A stretch of 64,000 nucleotides of DNA from an uncultured Candidatus Saccharibacteria bacterium (GTDB lineage Bacteria > Patescibacteriota > Saccharimonadia > Saccharimonadales > Saccharimonadaceae). Below the pieces are notes generated by a model, which saw only the letters and a program-made list of their open reading frames with translations, did no database searches and was not told where the DNA came from. Positions 43,696-52,266 of this stretch are shown here, piece after piece. Numbering within the stretch: position 1 is the stretch's first letter; every line of letters starts with the position of its first letter. Position numbers and translations under genes: made by a program. The DNA is taken from positions 188-64,187 of the forward strand of contig CAZRIZ010000001.1 of assembly GCA_964600285.1 (NCBI GenBank), read 5' to 3'.

Positions 43696-43902
43696 GATTC
43701 GTCCCTCCAGTATATAAAAGCTCTATCGCCAATGACGATAGGCACGCGTTGGCTTGCACCAACGATACTTCTTATTATACAGTAAAATGCAAAAAAGTCA
43801 ATAGGCTTAAGGCTTTCTTGTTAACCCATCGCACGTCAACTATCGCCCTAGTAATAGATTTATTTAGGCAGTATTTTCAAGTTTGGGGTAAAATTAGGGT
43901 AT

Positions 43903-44895
43903 ATGAATTTAAGTAAGCCTAAAAAATCCAACAAGCCATATTTGTTGATTTGCTTGCTTTTGCTAGCTGTTATTTCGGGCGGTTACTTATATCACAAAAA
44001 AGACAAGCTAGTAGTCGCTATTTATTCCGCACTTGAAGAAACCTTAGTTCCAAACCAAGTAAAATTCACGCCCAAGCCTCCGTTACCAGTTTGGCCAGTT
44101 GACGCGTCGAGCTATTATGGTCGAAACATCATGGTCTACGACACGGTAAACGAGTGGGCTTTATTGCGTAAGGACGTTGATAGCTCTGTGCCGATTGCGT
44201 CATTGACTAAAATCATGACGACGATCTTAGCGATTGAGCACCTAGAAGACTTACGGGCCAGCGTTAAAATTGATGGCGCCGTATTGTCAAATCTTTGGGC
44301 TAAAAATGCCTCAATGGCTGGGTTTGCGTCTGGTGAAACAGTCAAGTATCTCGATCTACTTTATGCAACTGTTCTACCGAGCGGAGGTGAGGCGGCTACG
44401 ATTTTGGCTAATGAGGTTTCTGTTCGGAAGGGAGACTTCATCAAGCTAATGAACCAAAAAGCCCATGAATTAAAAATGACTAATACTGTTTTTACCAATC
44501 CAACTGGCCTAGATAGCTCCACCCAGGTGTCGTCAGCTCGAGATATGGTTAGTTTATTGCGTTATGCTCTGAGGAGCCCGATTTTTCGCCAAATTTTTAC
44601 TACTCGTGAATATGTGACTACGCCTACGCCACAGCACCCGAATGGGATTAAAATGCACAGCACCGTGCTATCACGAATCAGCGAGTCTGAGCAACAAGAC
44701 TTTAAGATACTTGGCGGAAAATCAGGCACGACCTATGGAGCTGGTCTGTGTTGGGCAGTATTGGCTGAGGTGGAAGGGCGCGAGTTTATAGTCGTTACAT
44801 TAGGCGCGCCATTAGATAATTTAGCAAACCCAACCCTCTATCAAAAAAGAGATGTTTTGAGCTTGGCTGGAACGATAGTCGAGATAGATAAGTAG
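43903..44895 (+). CDS. D-alanyl-D-alanine carboxypeptidase (peptidase S11, PBP5-like)
   Basis: N-terminal TM segment plus the SxxK (ASLTK), SGG (SxN-like) and KSGTT (KTG) motifs. Confidence 0.88.
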   Translation: MNLSKPKKSNKPYLLICLLLLAVISGGYLYHKKDKLVVAIYSALEETLVPNQVKFTPKPPLPVWPVDASSYYGRNIMVYDTVNEWALLRKDVDSSVPIASLTKIMTTILAIEHLEDLRASVKIDGAVLSNLWAKNASMAGFASGETVKYLDLLYATVLPSGGEAATILANEVSVRKGDFIKLMNQKAHELKMTNTVFTNPTGLDSSTQVSSARDMVSLLRYALRSPIFRQIFTTREYVTTPTPQHPNGIKMHSTVLSRISESEQQDFKILGGKSGTTYGAGLCWAVLAEVEGREFIVVTLGAPLDNLANPTLYQKRDVLSLAGTIVEIDK

Positions 44896-44954
44896 TTCCT
44901 CGCTTTGTTCAAATTAGTAAATTGGTGTAAAATAGTTGCTGACGCTTGCTTTAT

Positions 44955-45041
44955 GCGCACATGGCGGAATTGGTATACGCGCTACCTTGAGGTGGTAGTG
45001 GGAGCAATCCTGTGGAGGTTCAAGTCCTCTTGTGCGCACCA
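44955..45041 (+). tRNA. tRNA-Leu (anticodon GAG), encoded CCA
   Basis: The acceptor stem is GCGCACA/TGTGCGC. The anticodon stem is CTACC/GGTAG with loop TTGAGGT. It has a long variable arm and is 87 nt long. The promoter TTGTTC-17-TAAAAT lies upstream. Confidence 0.95.
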
Positions 45042-45066
45042 AATCACTCAACCGAGTGATTTTTTA
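45042..45066 (+). terminator. Intrinsic terminator after tRNA-Leu(GAG)
   Basis: AATCACTC-AACC-GAGTGATT followed by TTTTT. Confidence 0.7.
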
Positions 45067-45134
45067 GTGGGTAATTTTGTTTATCATATCAGGGCGTTTT
45101 GGCTAATCCAAGCTTAATACACGGGCACATTTTA

Positions 45135-45163
45135 TTGAGTTTTAAGGCAATTTATGTTATAAT
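45135..45163 (+). promoter_or_regulatory. Promoter with an extended -10
   Basis: TTGAGT (45135-45140), 17 nt including TGt, TATAAT (45158-45163). The predicted start site near 45170 gives a leader of about 180 nt before the ATG at 45349. Confidence 0.55.
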
Positions 45164-45239
45164 GATAATATTGTGGTCTTGGTGGAGCTACTAGCATGTT
45201 AAATGTCAAGTTAGATTGATAATGCCGTATTTTAATCTG

Positions 45240-45287
45240 TCTCTGGAATAAGCTTCGTGTCTATTGATTTGAAGCTTATTCTGGAGA
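45240..45287 (+). ncRNA. Long leader hairpin (17-bp stem, 14-nt loop) upstream of the ORFan at 45349
   Basis: TCTCTGGAATAAGCTTC (45240-45256) pairs with GAAGCTTATTCTGGAGA (45271-45287). That gives 15 Watson-Crick pairs plus 2 adjacent G-U pairs, and the G-U pairs exist only in a plus-strand RNA. No U-run follows. Confidence 0.55.
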
Positions 45288-45348
45288 TAGACTCTCCAAG
45301 AAAGCTGGCGAGCTGAACGCAAACAGCCTTAAGCTGTCAGGAGGTAAT

Positions 45349-45825
45349 ATGTTTATTAGGGTAGCCCTTAACTCCGATGATCAGTTTTTCTTAAGATACT
45401 TATATCGCGAAAAGGAGTACCCGCGGGAGTTGAATTTTTCAAGAATTCCGTTTTTTAGCGATAGCGTTCGAAAATACGACAATGACAGTAAGCCGTTCGC
45501 CGATTTTCTAGAATGTTACCAGAAAATCACAATCATTCACTGTATAGATGGTGCTAAAGTTGTGATTCCGGCTGTAGTATCTGTATGGCTCGGTCACAAA
45601 TGCTATCTCGAATTGTGGCCAACTAGTGAGGAGCTTGCGGCCCACAAGACGAACTTTCAACCTACGGCGAACCTTCTTGCATCGAGCACTATTTATGTAT
45701 CCGGCAGCAAGCCCATGTTCGCACGAGACGAGCTAGAAAGGTCGTTCCGCACAGTACTCGATGTATTTACGGGAGGAATGTACCAAATCGCCAGAGAGCG
45801 GTATCGTGTGCGTTTAAGCCCCTAA
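45349..45825 (+). CDS. Hypothetical protein (158 aa)
   Basis: CAGGAGGT RBS. The product is soluble and I recognise no family. Confidence 0.65.
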   Translation: MFIRVALNSDDQFFLRYLYREKEYPRELNFSRIPFFSDSVRKYDNDSKPFADFLECYQKITIIHCIDGAKVVIPAVVSVWLGHKCYLELWPTSEELAAHKTNFQPTANLLASSTIYVSGSKPMFARDELERSFRTVLDVFTGGMYQIARERYRVRLSP

Positions 45826-45837
45826 CTTGATGAACAC

Positions 45838-45863
45838 AACCCCGGCCACATGTCGGGGTTTTG
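45838..45863 (+). terminator. Intrinsic terminator
   Basis: AACCCCGGC-CACAT-GTCGGGGTT followed by TTG. Confidence 0.7.
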
Positions 45864-45911
45864 CAGTATATAGCGCTTTGTGGTATTATTCTCTAGCACT
45901 TACAAGGTTTT

Positions 45912-45988
45912 GGGCGACTAGCTCAGTTGGCTAGAGCGTCTCGTTTACACCGAGAAGGTCGGGGGTTCGAGCCCCTCGTCGCCCACCA
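45912..45988 (+). tRNA. tRNA-Val (anticodon UAC), encoded CCA
   Basis: The acceptor stem is GGGCGAC/GTCGCCC. The anticodon stem is TCTCG/CGAGA with loop TTTACAC. The T-arm is GGTTCGAGCCC. The promoter TTGCAG-17-TATTAT lies upstream. Confidence 0.95.
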
Positions 45989-46185
45989 CAGCAAAGAAAC
46001 CTTTAGTTTCCGTCCCCAAGGCGGATTTTTTGATTTAAGTTTCGGGTTGAGCGAGCTACTTGCTGAAGCATGTTCCTCAATTTTTCGCAGTAAAGCTGGT
46101 TTATTTTGTCAGTAAGTTTTATTGCAAAAACCTTAATAATATGAGATAATCTTAGAACCTAAAAAGGAGGGAGGAGGACTTTAAA

Positions 46186-46671
46186 TTGAAGTATTTACAC
46201 GGAGTTGAAATTGCTCGTCCTGGTGGGATTGATAACTTGGCTAAGGAGCTAGTTAGAGGATCGTGGCATGAATTGAGCCGTTTCATGGATGAACTAGGGA
46301 TGCAACTTCTTGGCCAATCCATAACAGACAGGCAAAGAGATCGTCCCATTCTAGCTAGTCTGGGAAAAAAGGCTAGTGAAAGTCTGTTGCTGTCGGCTAG
46401 GTTGATAACAACAACTAGGTCGGCTCGAAAAGTGCGTTATGAGCTTGTGGATTTTGCTAAGCCAGTCTCGCGCTTGCGCTATGACGCTATCTTGAGATTC
46501 TTGAATTTGCTCAGTCTTGGTGTGCATCAAGATAGGCGTTTCAGAAAGAAGAATGGTAGTCTGGCACTATTCCATTTGAACCAAGCTAGGGTGGCGGTTG
46601 GTTACATGTTACGCATATCAAAGAAGCATCTTGATTTCAGTCGAGTTCCATTAATTGACTTCAATGAATGA
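46186..46671 (+). CDS. Hypothetical basic protein (161 aa)
   Basis: TTG start preceded by a very strong RBS (AAAAAGGAGGGAGGAGG). It is predicted to be helical, is Arg/Lys-rich, and matches no family I recognise. Confidence 0.65.
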   Translation: MKYLHGVEIARPGGIDNLAKELVRGSWHELSRFMDELGMQLLGQSITDRQRDRPILASLGKKASESLLLSARLITTTRSARKVRYELVDFAKPVSRLRYDAILRFLNLLSLGVHQDRRFRKKNGSLALFHLNQARVAVGYMLRISKKHLDFSRVPLIDFNE

Positions 46672-46692
46672 CTGCGGTATTAAATCGCTCTT

Positions 46693-46718
46693 GCCCGAAG
46701 TTGTTGCTTCGGGCTTTT
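46693..46718 (+). terminator. Intrinsic terminator
   Basis: GCCCGAAG-TTGTTG-CTTCGGGC followed by TTTT. Confidence 0.7.
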
Positions 46719-46758
46719 AATTTTAACTTGGTAGGGATATAATTTAGTTGTCACTTTT

Positions 46759-46835
46759 GGGAAATTAGCTCAGTTGGCTAGAGCGCAGCATTCACATTGC
46801 TGAGGTCACAGGTTCAAGCCCTGTATTTCCCACCA
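46759..46835 (+). tRNA. tRNA-Val (anticodon CAC), encoded CCA
   Basis: The acceptor stem is GGGAAAT/ATTTCCC. The anticodon stem is CAGCA/TGCTG with loop TTCACAT. The T-arm is GGTTCAAGCCC. Confidence 0.95.
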
Positions 46836-46966
46836 AGAAAGAACAATTTTCGAAGAAGTCGCCCACTGGGGTGGCTTTTTGATTTACGTTATGTACGTAA
46901 GCATAAGCTCTCTGGTTCACAGTCATGATATAATATAGTTAGAATAATACAAGGAGCATAACTTCA

Positions 46967-47521
46967 ATGGCAACACAACCACAACCACCAGTCACCCCAC
47001 CAACAGAGGGCGCTGATACGCAGTATGGTCCCGCACCAGTCGATCAGAATACACCGTATCAGCAACAGCCCGTTAACCAACAATATTTCGCTCAACCACA
47101 AGCTGCACCAGTTCAATATGTTGTTATGGCACAATCACTCAAGGGCGTCCGTGGTTGGCTCCTATTCTTCACAGTTTCTTTTGCCATCGCTGGTTTGGGT
47201 TACATAGGCACCTTCTTCGCCTCGATGGGTGACGACAACACAAATATTGTTAACCTTTTGTTTATGCCAGTCTTGGCCGGTCTTTCACTTGCGGCGACTG
47301 TGACAATTGCAATGGAAAAGAAGATTGGTAAATGGCTTGGAATTGCCGTATGTGCTACTGTCGCCGTTCACGGTGCGATTAATACGATTGTACAGTCTTC
47401 CGCAAGTGGTGAGACTGCGCCTATGATAATGTCTGGCATTGTCGCTGGAATAGTCTCGTCTGGGTTGATGGCGTTATACTTCTTTGTTTCACGCCGAGTC
47501 AAAGAAACTCTTATTAAATAA
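46967..47521 (+). CDS. Q/P-rich N-terminus, multi-TM membrane protein, paralog 1 (184 aa)
   Basis: MATQPQPPVTPPTEG...QNTPYQQQPVNQQYFAQPQ...RGWLLFFT, followed by about 4 TM helices and ending SRRVKETLIK. It may be DUF2569-like, but I hold that only with low confidence. Confidence 0.75.
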   Translation: MATQPQPPVTPPTEGADTQYGPAPVDQNTPYQQQPVNQQYFAQPQAAPVQYVVMAQSLKGVRGWLLFFTVSFAIAGLGYIGTFFASMGDDNTNIVNLLFMPVLAGLSLAATVTIAMEKKIGKWLGIAVCATVAVHGAINTIVQSSASGETAPMIMSGIVAGIVSSGLMALYFFVSRRVKETLIK

Positions 47522-47553
47522 GGCTTACTTTGGGTTACTAAGTTGAACTCGAA

Positions 47554-47605
47554 ACAGCCGGCCTAGTGCCGGCTGTTTGATTTATGGCCATAAATATGAT
47601 AAAAT
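47554..47605 (+). promoter_or_regulatory. Terminator-promoter module, copy 1
   Basis: The hairpin ACAGCCGGC-CTAGT-GCCGGCTGT plus a T-run overlaps TTGATT (47577-47582), 17 nt, TAAAAT (47600-47605). Confidence 0.6.
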
Positions 47606-47678
47606 AGAAAGATAGCACATTGCTGATGTCACAGTCATGATATAATGTGGTCAGAATAATACAAGGAGCACAACTTTA

Positions 47679-48260
47679 ATGGCAACACAACCACAACCAC
47701 CAGTCACTCCGTCAACGGGTGGTACTGACGCACAGGCCAATACGCAATATGGTCCCGCACCAGTCGATCAGAATACACCGTATCAGCAACAGCCCGTCAA
47801 TCAACAACATTTCGCTCAACCACAAGTTGCGCCAGTTCAGGGCGCTGTTACGGCACAGCCTAGAAAGGGTATTCGGGGCTGGCTATTATTCTTTACGATT
47901 ATGTTTGTCATAGCTGGTTTTAGTACCATCACCAATATTTTCATCTCAATAGGCAATGATGTAAATATCGCCAACCTTTTATTCGGGCTAATCTTTGCCG
48001 GTCTTTCTATTGCGGCGGCCGTAACGATTACAATAGAAAAGAAGATCGGTAGATGGCTTGCGATTGCTGCCTGGGCTTGTCGTATTGTCCAAACTATATT
48101 CGACCTCATCTTCAACTTTGATATTACTGTTGAGGCTTCCAATAATAATCTAAGCGTACCCTTGCTGATCTTTGGCATTGTTTTTGCAATGGCTTTACTC
48201 GCTCTCCCACTACTTTATTTCTTAACTTCACGCCAAGTCAAAGAAACGCTTATTAAATAA
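47679..48260 (+). CDS. Q/P-rich N-terminus, multi-TM membrane protein, paralog 2 (193 aa)
   Basis: The N-terminus (MATQPQPPVTP...YGPAPVDQNTPYQQQPVNQQ) and C-terminus (SRQVKETLIK) are near-identical to paralog 1. The TM core has diverged. Confidence 0.75.
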   Translation: MATQPQPPVTPSTGGTDAQANTQYGPAPVDQNTPYQQQPVNQQHFAQPQVAPVQGAVTAQPRKGIRGWLLFFTIMFVIAGFSTITNIFISIGNDVNIANLLFGLIFAGLSIAAAVTITIEKKIGRWLAIAAWACRIVQTIFDLIFNFDITVEASNNNLSVPLLIFGIVFAMALLALPLLYFLTSRQVKETLIK

Positions 48261-48292
48261 GGCTCACTTTGGGCTGCTAAGTTGAACCCGCA

Positions 48293-48369
48293 ACAGTCGG
48301 CCTAGTGCCGGCTGTTTGATTTATGGCCATAAATATGATAAAATAGAAGGATAGCACATTAATAATGTG
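48293..48369 (+). promoter_or_regulatory. Terminator-promoter module, copy 2, plus a palindrome at the start site
   Basis: It carries the same hairpin, then TTGATT (48316-48321), 17 nt, TAAAAT (48339-48344). This is followed by the perfect palindrome CACATT-AAT-AATGTG (48355-48369) just upstream of the RBS of gene 48392. Confidence 0.6.
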
Positions 48370-48391
48370 ATAGGCAAAAGGAGGGGTTTGT

Positions 48392-49021
48392 ATGAAAACA
48401 AACAATGGCCTGACAGAGTCGAATACAGACAACATTGTTCTGAGTGGGCTTGAGTCCAAAATACTTGTAGCTGTAGTTAAGCGAGCCATCAGAGAGTTTT
48501 GTCCTGGTGTTACTTACGGAACCTTTATTTTGGACGTTCAACGCTGGAACCATAAGGCGGAGAATGTTCTGCGATTCGATCTGCCATGGGGCTGTTTGTT
48601 TAAGGATCCACTTGAGGGCGAAGTAACTAATTTTTCTGTTTCAGCTAAATCAGCGATTGATTTGTTTCTTTGCGACGAAGCTTACGATGAAGTCTCGACT
48701 GGTATCTATGCTTTTGGTGAGAGCAAGGTCTTGGTTGCCAACACCTCTTCAGAACGGTTCCTTGCTTCATTCTACGGAAATTTTCCACCTAATGAGGGTG
48801 GTATAGAGTGGAAGGAGGAAAAGAAACTGTGGAGTGGTGCTGATTCTGTCTTGGCGGTGGTCGCCGAAACCTTGATGCATTTGCGACCACATGATTCTAG
48901 ACTATCTAACGAAGAACGTCGTGCCCTGTTCCAATATGGCGCTCCGTTTGAGATTAGGAGTTTCATTAGGGGTGCGCTTAGGGCTGAAGGCTGGAACGCC
49001 CATTATTCCTCTGACGCATAG
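48392..49021 (+). CDS. Hypothetical protein (209 aa)
   Basis: AAGGAGGGG RBS. The product is soluble and I recognise no family. Confidence 0.65.
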   Translation: MKTNNGLTESNTDNIVLSGLESKILVAVVKRAIREFCPGVTYGTFILDVQRWNHKAENVLRFDLPWGCLFKDPLEGEVTNFSVSAKSAIDLFLCDEAYDEVSTGIYAFGESKVLVANTSSERFLASFYGNFPPNEGGIEWKEEKKLWSGADSVLAVVAETLMHLRPHDSRLSNEERRALFQYGAPFEIRSFIRGALRAEGWNAHYSSDA

Positions 49022-49053
49022 CAATCACAACTGCTCATTTATTGAGCAAATTG

Positions 49054-49076
49054 TCCTCCGTTCGCGGAGGATTTTT
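49054..49076 (+). terminator. Intrinsic terminator
   Basis: TCCTCCG-TTCG-CGGAGGA (UUCG loop) followed by TTTTT. Confidence 0.75.
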
Positions 49077-49135
49077 ATTGGGTTAACGCTTGTTTTACTC
49101 TTGGTTTTGTGATAGAGTATACCGATTGTAATTAT

Positions 49136-50959
49136 ATGAAAAAGTTTACAGCCGATAAAATTCGCAATATCGCTATTATTGCTCACGTTGATCACGGCAA
49201 GACCACGCTAGTTGATGGTCTGCTTAAGCAATCGCATACTTTTCGTGATAACCAATCTGAAATGTCGCAAAAACTAATCATGGATTCTGGCTCTCAAGAG
49301 GCTGAGCGTGGTATTACGATTACAGCCAAGAATACGGCAGTTTATTACCAAGATTATAAAATTAACATTGTAGATACGCCTGGGCACGCTGATTTTGCTA
49401 GCGAGGTTGAGCGTACGCTTAATATGGCTGACGGCGTGTTGCTACTAGTTGACGCCCAAGAGGGCGCTATGCCTCAAACCAAATTTGTGCTGTCTAAAGC
49501 CCTAGAGTTAGGGCTGACGCCAGTTGTGGTTGTAAATAAAATCGACAAGCCTGGCCGAGAGATTGATCAAGTAGAGGATAATTTAGCGGATTTATTTCTA
49601 GAATTGGCCACGACTGAAGAGCAACTACAATATCCGGTCTATTATGCTGTTGGGCGTGACGGTAAGGCCTGGAATAATATTCCAAACTCTACAGATGAGC
49701 CAGCTGATTTGACGCCAATATTTGAAGCAATTATTCATGATATCCCCGCACCAACTGTTTCTGACGGAGCTTTTCAAATGCAAGTGGCGAGTTTGAACTA
49801 CGATAGTTTCTTAGGTAAATACTCAATCGGACGGATTAAGCGAGGTGTGGCCAAGGCTGGTATGCCGGTAGCCTTAATCAACCGCACGGGCGATATTCAC
49901 AAAACTAAAATTGACAAATTATTCACTTTTCACGGTTTAAATAAAGAAGAAGTCTCAGAGGCTGACGCTGGCGATGTCATCGCGTTAGTCGGCGTTGGTC
50001 AGAGTGAAATTGGCGACACTATTGCCGATCTTGCCAACCCAGAAGCTTTGCCAGTTATAAAAATTGATCCACCAACCATTAGTATGTACTTAGGACCAAA
50101 TACCAGTCCGATGAAAGGTCGCGAGGGTGAATTTACGACTTCACGACAGTTAGGCGAGCGTTTGGTGCGTGAACTTGAAACTAATGTGGGGCTGAAGGTC
50201 GTCGACACTGGCATCGGTTTTACGATTTCTGGTAGGGGCGAGTTGCATCTTAGTGTCTTGATAGAAGCAATGCGTCGTGAAGGCTATGAGTGCGAAGTTG
50301 GTCGTCCCGAAGTTATCACTATCACCGAAGATGGTGTCACTAAAGAGCCAATTGAAGAATTTTATATTGAAATAGCGCCAGAATTTATGGGTGTAGTCAG
50401 TCAAGAGCTTGGTTCACGCTATGCCGAACTTATTAAGCAGGAGAGTTTGACGTCAAACAATATTCGCTTAGTCTATAAAATCCCTACTAGAGCTTTGATT
50501 GGTTTGAGGAGTTTGTTGCTTACTTTGACTAAAGGAACGGCAGTTATGAGTGCTATACCACTTGGTTACGAACCAGTTGGAGAGAAATTCACTTCCAATA
50601 GAACCGGTGTTCTGATTGCTTTTGAGGCTGGCTTGTCGACTGCTTATGCGCTAGAGAGTGCAAAAACCCGTGGTGAATTATTTATTGGACCAGCCACAGA
50701 GGTTTATGCGGGTATGATCGTTGGCCAAAATAATCGCTACGAAGACTTAGAGATTAACGTTTGCAAAGAAAAGCACTTGACTAACATGCGATCGAAATCT
50801 TCTGACGGCATGGTACAGTTAAGCCCTTATCGCAAATTAAGCCTAGAACAATCAATTGATTTTTTGAATGTCGATGAACTACTAGAAGTTACGCCAAAAA
50901 GTTTGCGCCTGAGAAAAAAGATTCTCGACCCAATCTTGCGCAAGCGAGCTGGTAAATAG
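49136..50959 (+). CDS. typA: Translational GTPase TypA/BipA
   Basis: [19 protein letters not shown]...DTPGHADF...NKID. The ATG at 49136 gives the canonical N-terminus. Confidence 0.95.
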   Translation: MKKFTADKIRNIAIIAHVDHGKTTLVDGLLKQSHTFRDNQSEMSQKLIMDSGSQEAERGITITAKNTAVYYQDYKINIVDTPGHADFASEVERTLNMADGVLLLVDAQEGAMPQTKFVLSKALELGLTPVVVVNKIDKPGREIDQVEDNLADLFLELATTEEQLQYPVYYAVGRDGKAWNNIPNSTDEPADLTPIFEAIIHDIPAPTVSDGAFQMQVASLNYDSFLGKYSIGRIKRGVAKAGMPVALINRTGDIHKTKIDKLFTFHGLNKEEVSEADAGDVIALVGVGQSEIGDTIADLANPEALPVIKIDPPTISMYLGPNTSPMKGREGEFTTSRQLGERLVRELETNVGLKVVDTGIGFTISGRGELHLSVLIEAMRREGYECEVGRPEVITITEDGVTKEPIEEFYIEIAPEFMGVVSQELGSRYAELIKQESLTSNNIRLVYKIPTRALIGLRSLLLTLTKGTAVMSAIPLGYEPVGEKFTSNRTGVLIAFEAGLSTAYALESAKTRGELFIGPATEVYAGMIVGQNNRYEDLEINVCKEKHLTNMRSKSSDGMVQLSPYRKLSLEQSIDFLNVDELLEVTPKSLRLRKKILDPILRKRAGK

Positions 50960-51055
50960 ACAGTAAGCGTCTGCCACTTGATTTTTTTGTCGTCTTGTGC
51001 TAGTATTGATTTATACGCAAAGAAACCACTCCGCAAAAAAGGGTGGTTTTTGATT

Positions 51056-52237
51056 TTAAGACTTAGATTTTTTGAATTTGCCTTTAAGCGCCTCTGGTAA
51101 AAAGCCCTTAGCATGTTTGAAACCAGCTTCCCAGTCGTAGCCTTTTCCGTAGCCCAAGTCTTTCATCAGCCTAGTTGGTGCGTTGCGAACATGCAGTGGG
51201 ATTTCGGCGTTTGGGAACTTATCAACTAGAGCTTCGGCCTCAAGCATTAGGTTGTAGCTTTCGCGTGATTTTTTGCTTCTGGCCAGAGCGACGGCGCAGT
51301 GAAACAGTGGAATTCGCGCTTCGGGCAATCCGATTTTGTGGACTGCCTCAAAAGTAGCGTTAGCCAAACCAATCGCTCCGTTACCAGCCAGCCCAATGTC
51401 TTCCGAAGCAAAAATAATCATTCTGCGAGCGATAAATTTCGGATCTTCACCAGCTTTAATCATTCGAGCTAAGTAATAGACACTAGCCTCGACATCACCG
51501 CCTCGCATTGATTTAATAAAGGCCGAGGCGATATCGTAGTGCGAGTCGCCTTTCTTGTCGTAGCGAACCAGCGAATTTGGGTCAAGCTCTTTGACTGCTT
51601 CTAGGGTGATTTCTGGCAGGGTTTGAATTGCCAACTCAAGCTTGTTCAGAGCCGAACGCGCATCGCCAGATGCTAGTTCAGCTATATAGCTCAAGGCTTT
51701 TGGATCAGTCTTTTTGTTCGGAGCAACTAACTTGACGGCTTTCTTGAGTAGTTTTAGCAGTGATTTTTTGTCGAGTTGTTTTAGCACAATCAATTTAGTG
51801 CGTGACATTAGTGGGGCGATAATTTCAAAGCTAGGATTTTCAGTTGTCGCACCAAATAGGGTTATTAGCCCAGATTCTACGTGTGGCAAGAAAGCATCTT
51901 GCTGAGCTTTATTAAAACGGTGAATCTCGTCGACAAACAGAATTGTCTGCTTGCCTAAATTACGGTTAAACTGAGCCTGTTCAACTACTTTGACGACATC
52001 TTTTTTGCCAGCGGTGACTGCGGATAATTCGATGAAGTCGGCCTTAAATTCGTTAGCGATAATTCGCGCTAAGGTGGTTTTACCAGTTCCAGGTGGCCCC
52101 CAGAAAATTAAGCTAGCTGGTTTTCCAGACGCAACTAAGTTATTGATAATTTTACCTTTACCAACTACATCTTCTTGCCCAACCACCTCACTGAGCTTTT
52201 GCGGACGCAGTCGTTCCGCTAACGGCATCATTTGCAT
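51056..52237 (-). CDS. rarA: Replication-associated recombination protein A (RarA/MgsA AAA+ ATPase)
   Basis: [16 protein letters not shown]...[11 protein letters not shown]...[10 protein letters not shown]... Confidence 0.92.
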   Translation of the reverse strand: MQMMPLAERLRPQKLSEVVGQEDVVGKGKIINNLVASGKPASLIFWGPPGTGKTTLARIIANEFKADFIELSAVTAGKKDVVKVVEQAQFNRNLGKQTILFVDEIHRFNKAQQDAFLPHVESGLITLFGATTENPSFEIIAPLMSRTKLIVLKQLDKKSLLKLLKKAVKLVAPNKKTDPKALSYIAELASGDARSALNKLELAIQTLPEITLEAVKELDPNSLVRYDKKGDSHYDIASAFIKSMRGGDVEASVYYLARMIKAGEDPKFIARRMIIFASEDIGLAGNGAIGLANATFEAVHKIGLPEARIPLFHCAVALARSKKSRESYNLMLEAEALVDKFPNAEIPLHVRNAPTRLMKDLGYGKGYDWEAGFKHAKGFLPEALKGKFKKSKS

Positions 52238-52266
52238 AAACCTATTATACTAGCTAAACTGTTAGA

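Larger units (their letters stand above)
46917..48369 (+). repeat. Tandem duplication (units of about 712 and 739 bp), each holding leader, gene, terminator and next promoter
   Basis: TCACAGTCATGATATAAT...AATAATACAAGGAGCA...ATGGCAACACAACCACAACCACCAGTCAC begins at both 46917 and 47629. The 3' flanks (47522-47628 and 48261-48354) are also near-identical. Confidence 0.85.

Noticed and set aside
47025-47913. Alternative-frame ORFs 47025-47207 and 47719-47913 that look like a second pair of paralogs.
   Set aside because: They are simply the +1 frame of the duplicated Q/P-rich 5' coding region. Their similarity comes from the nucleotide duplication, and they lack RBSs.
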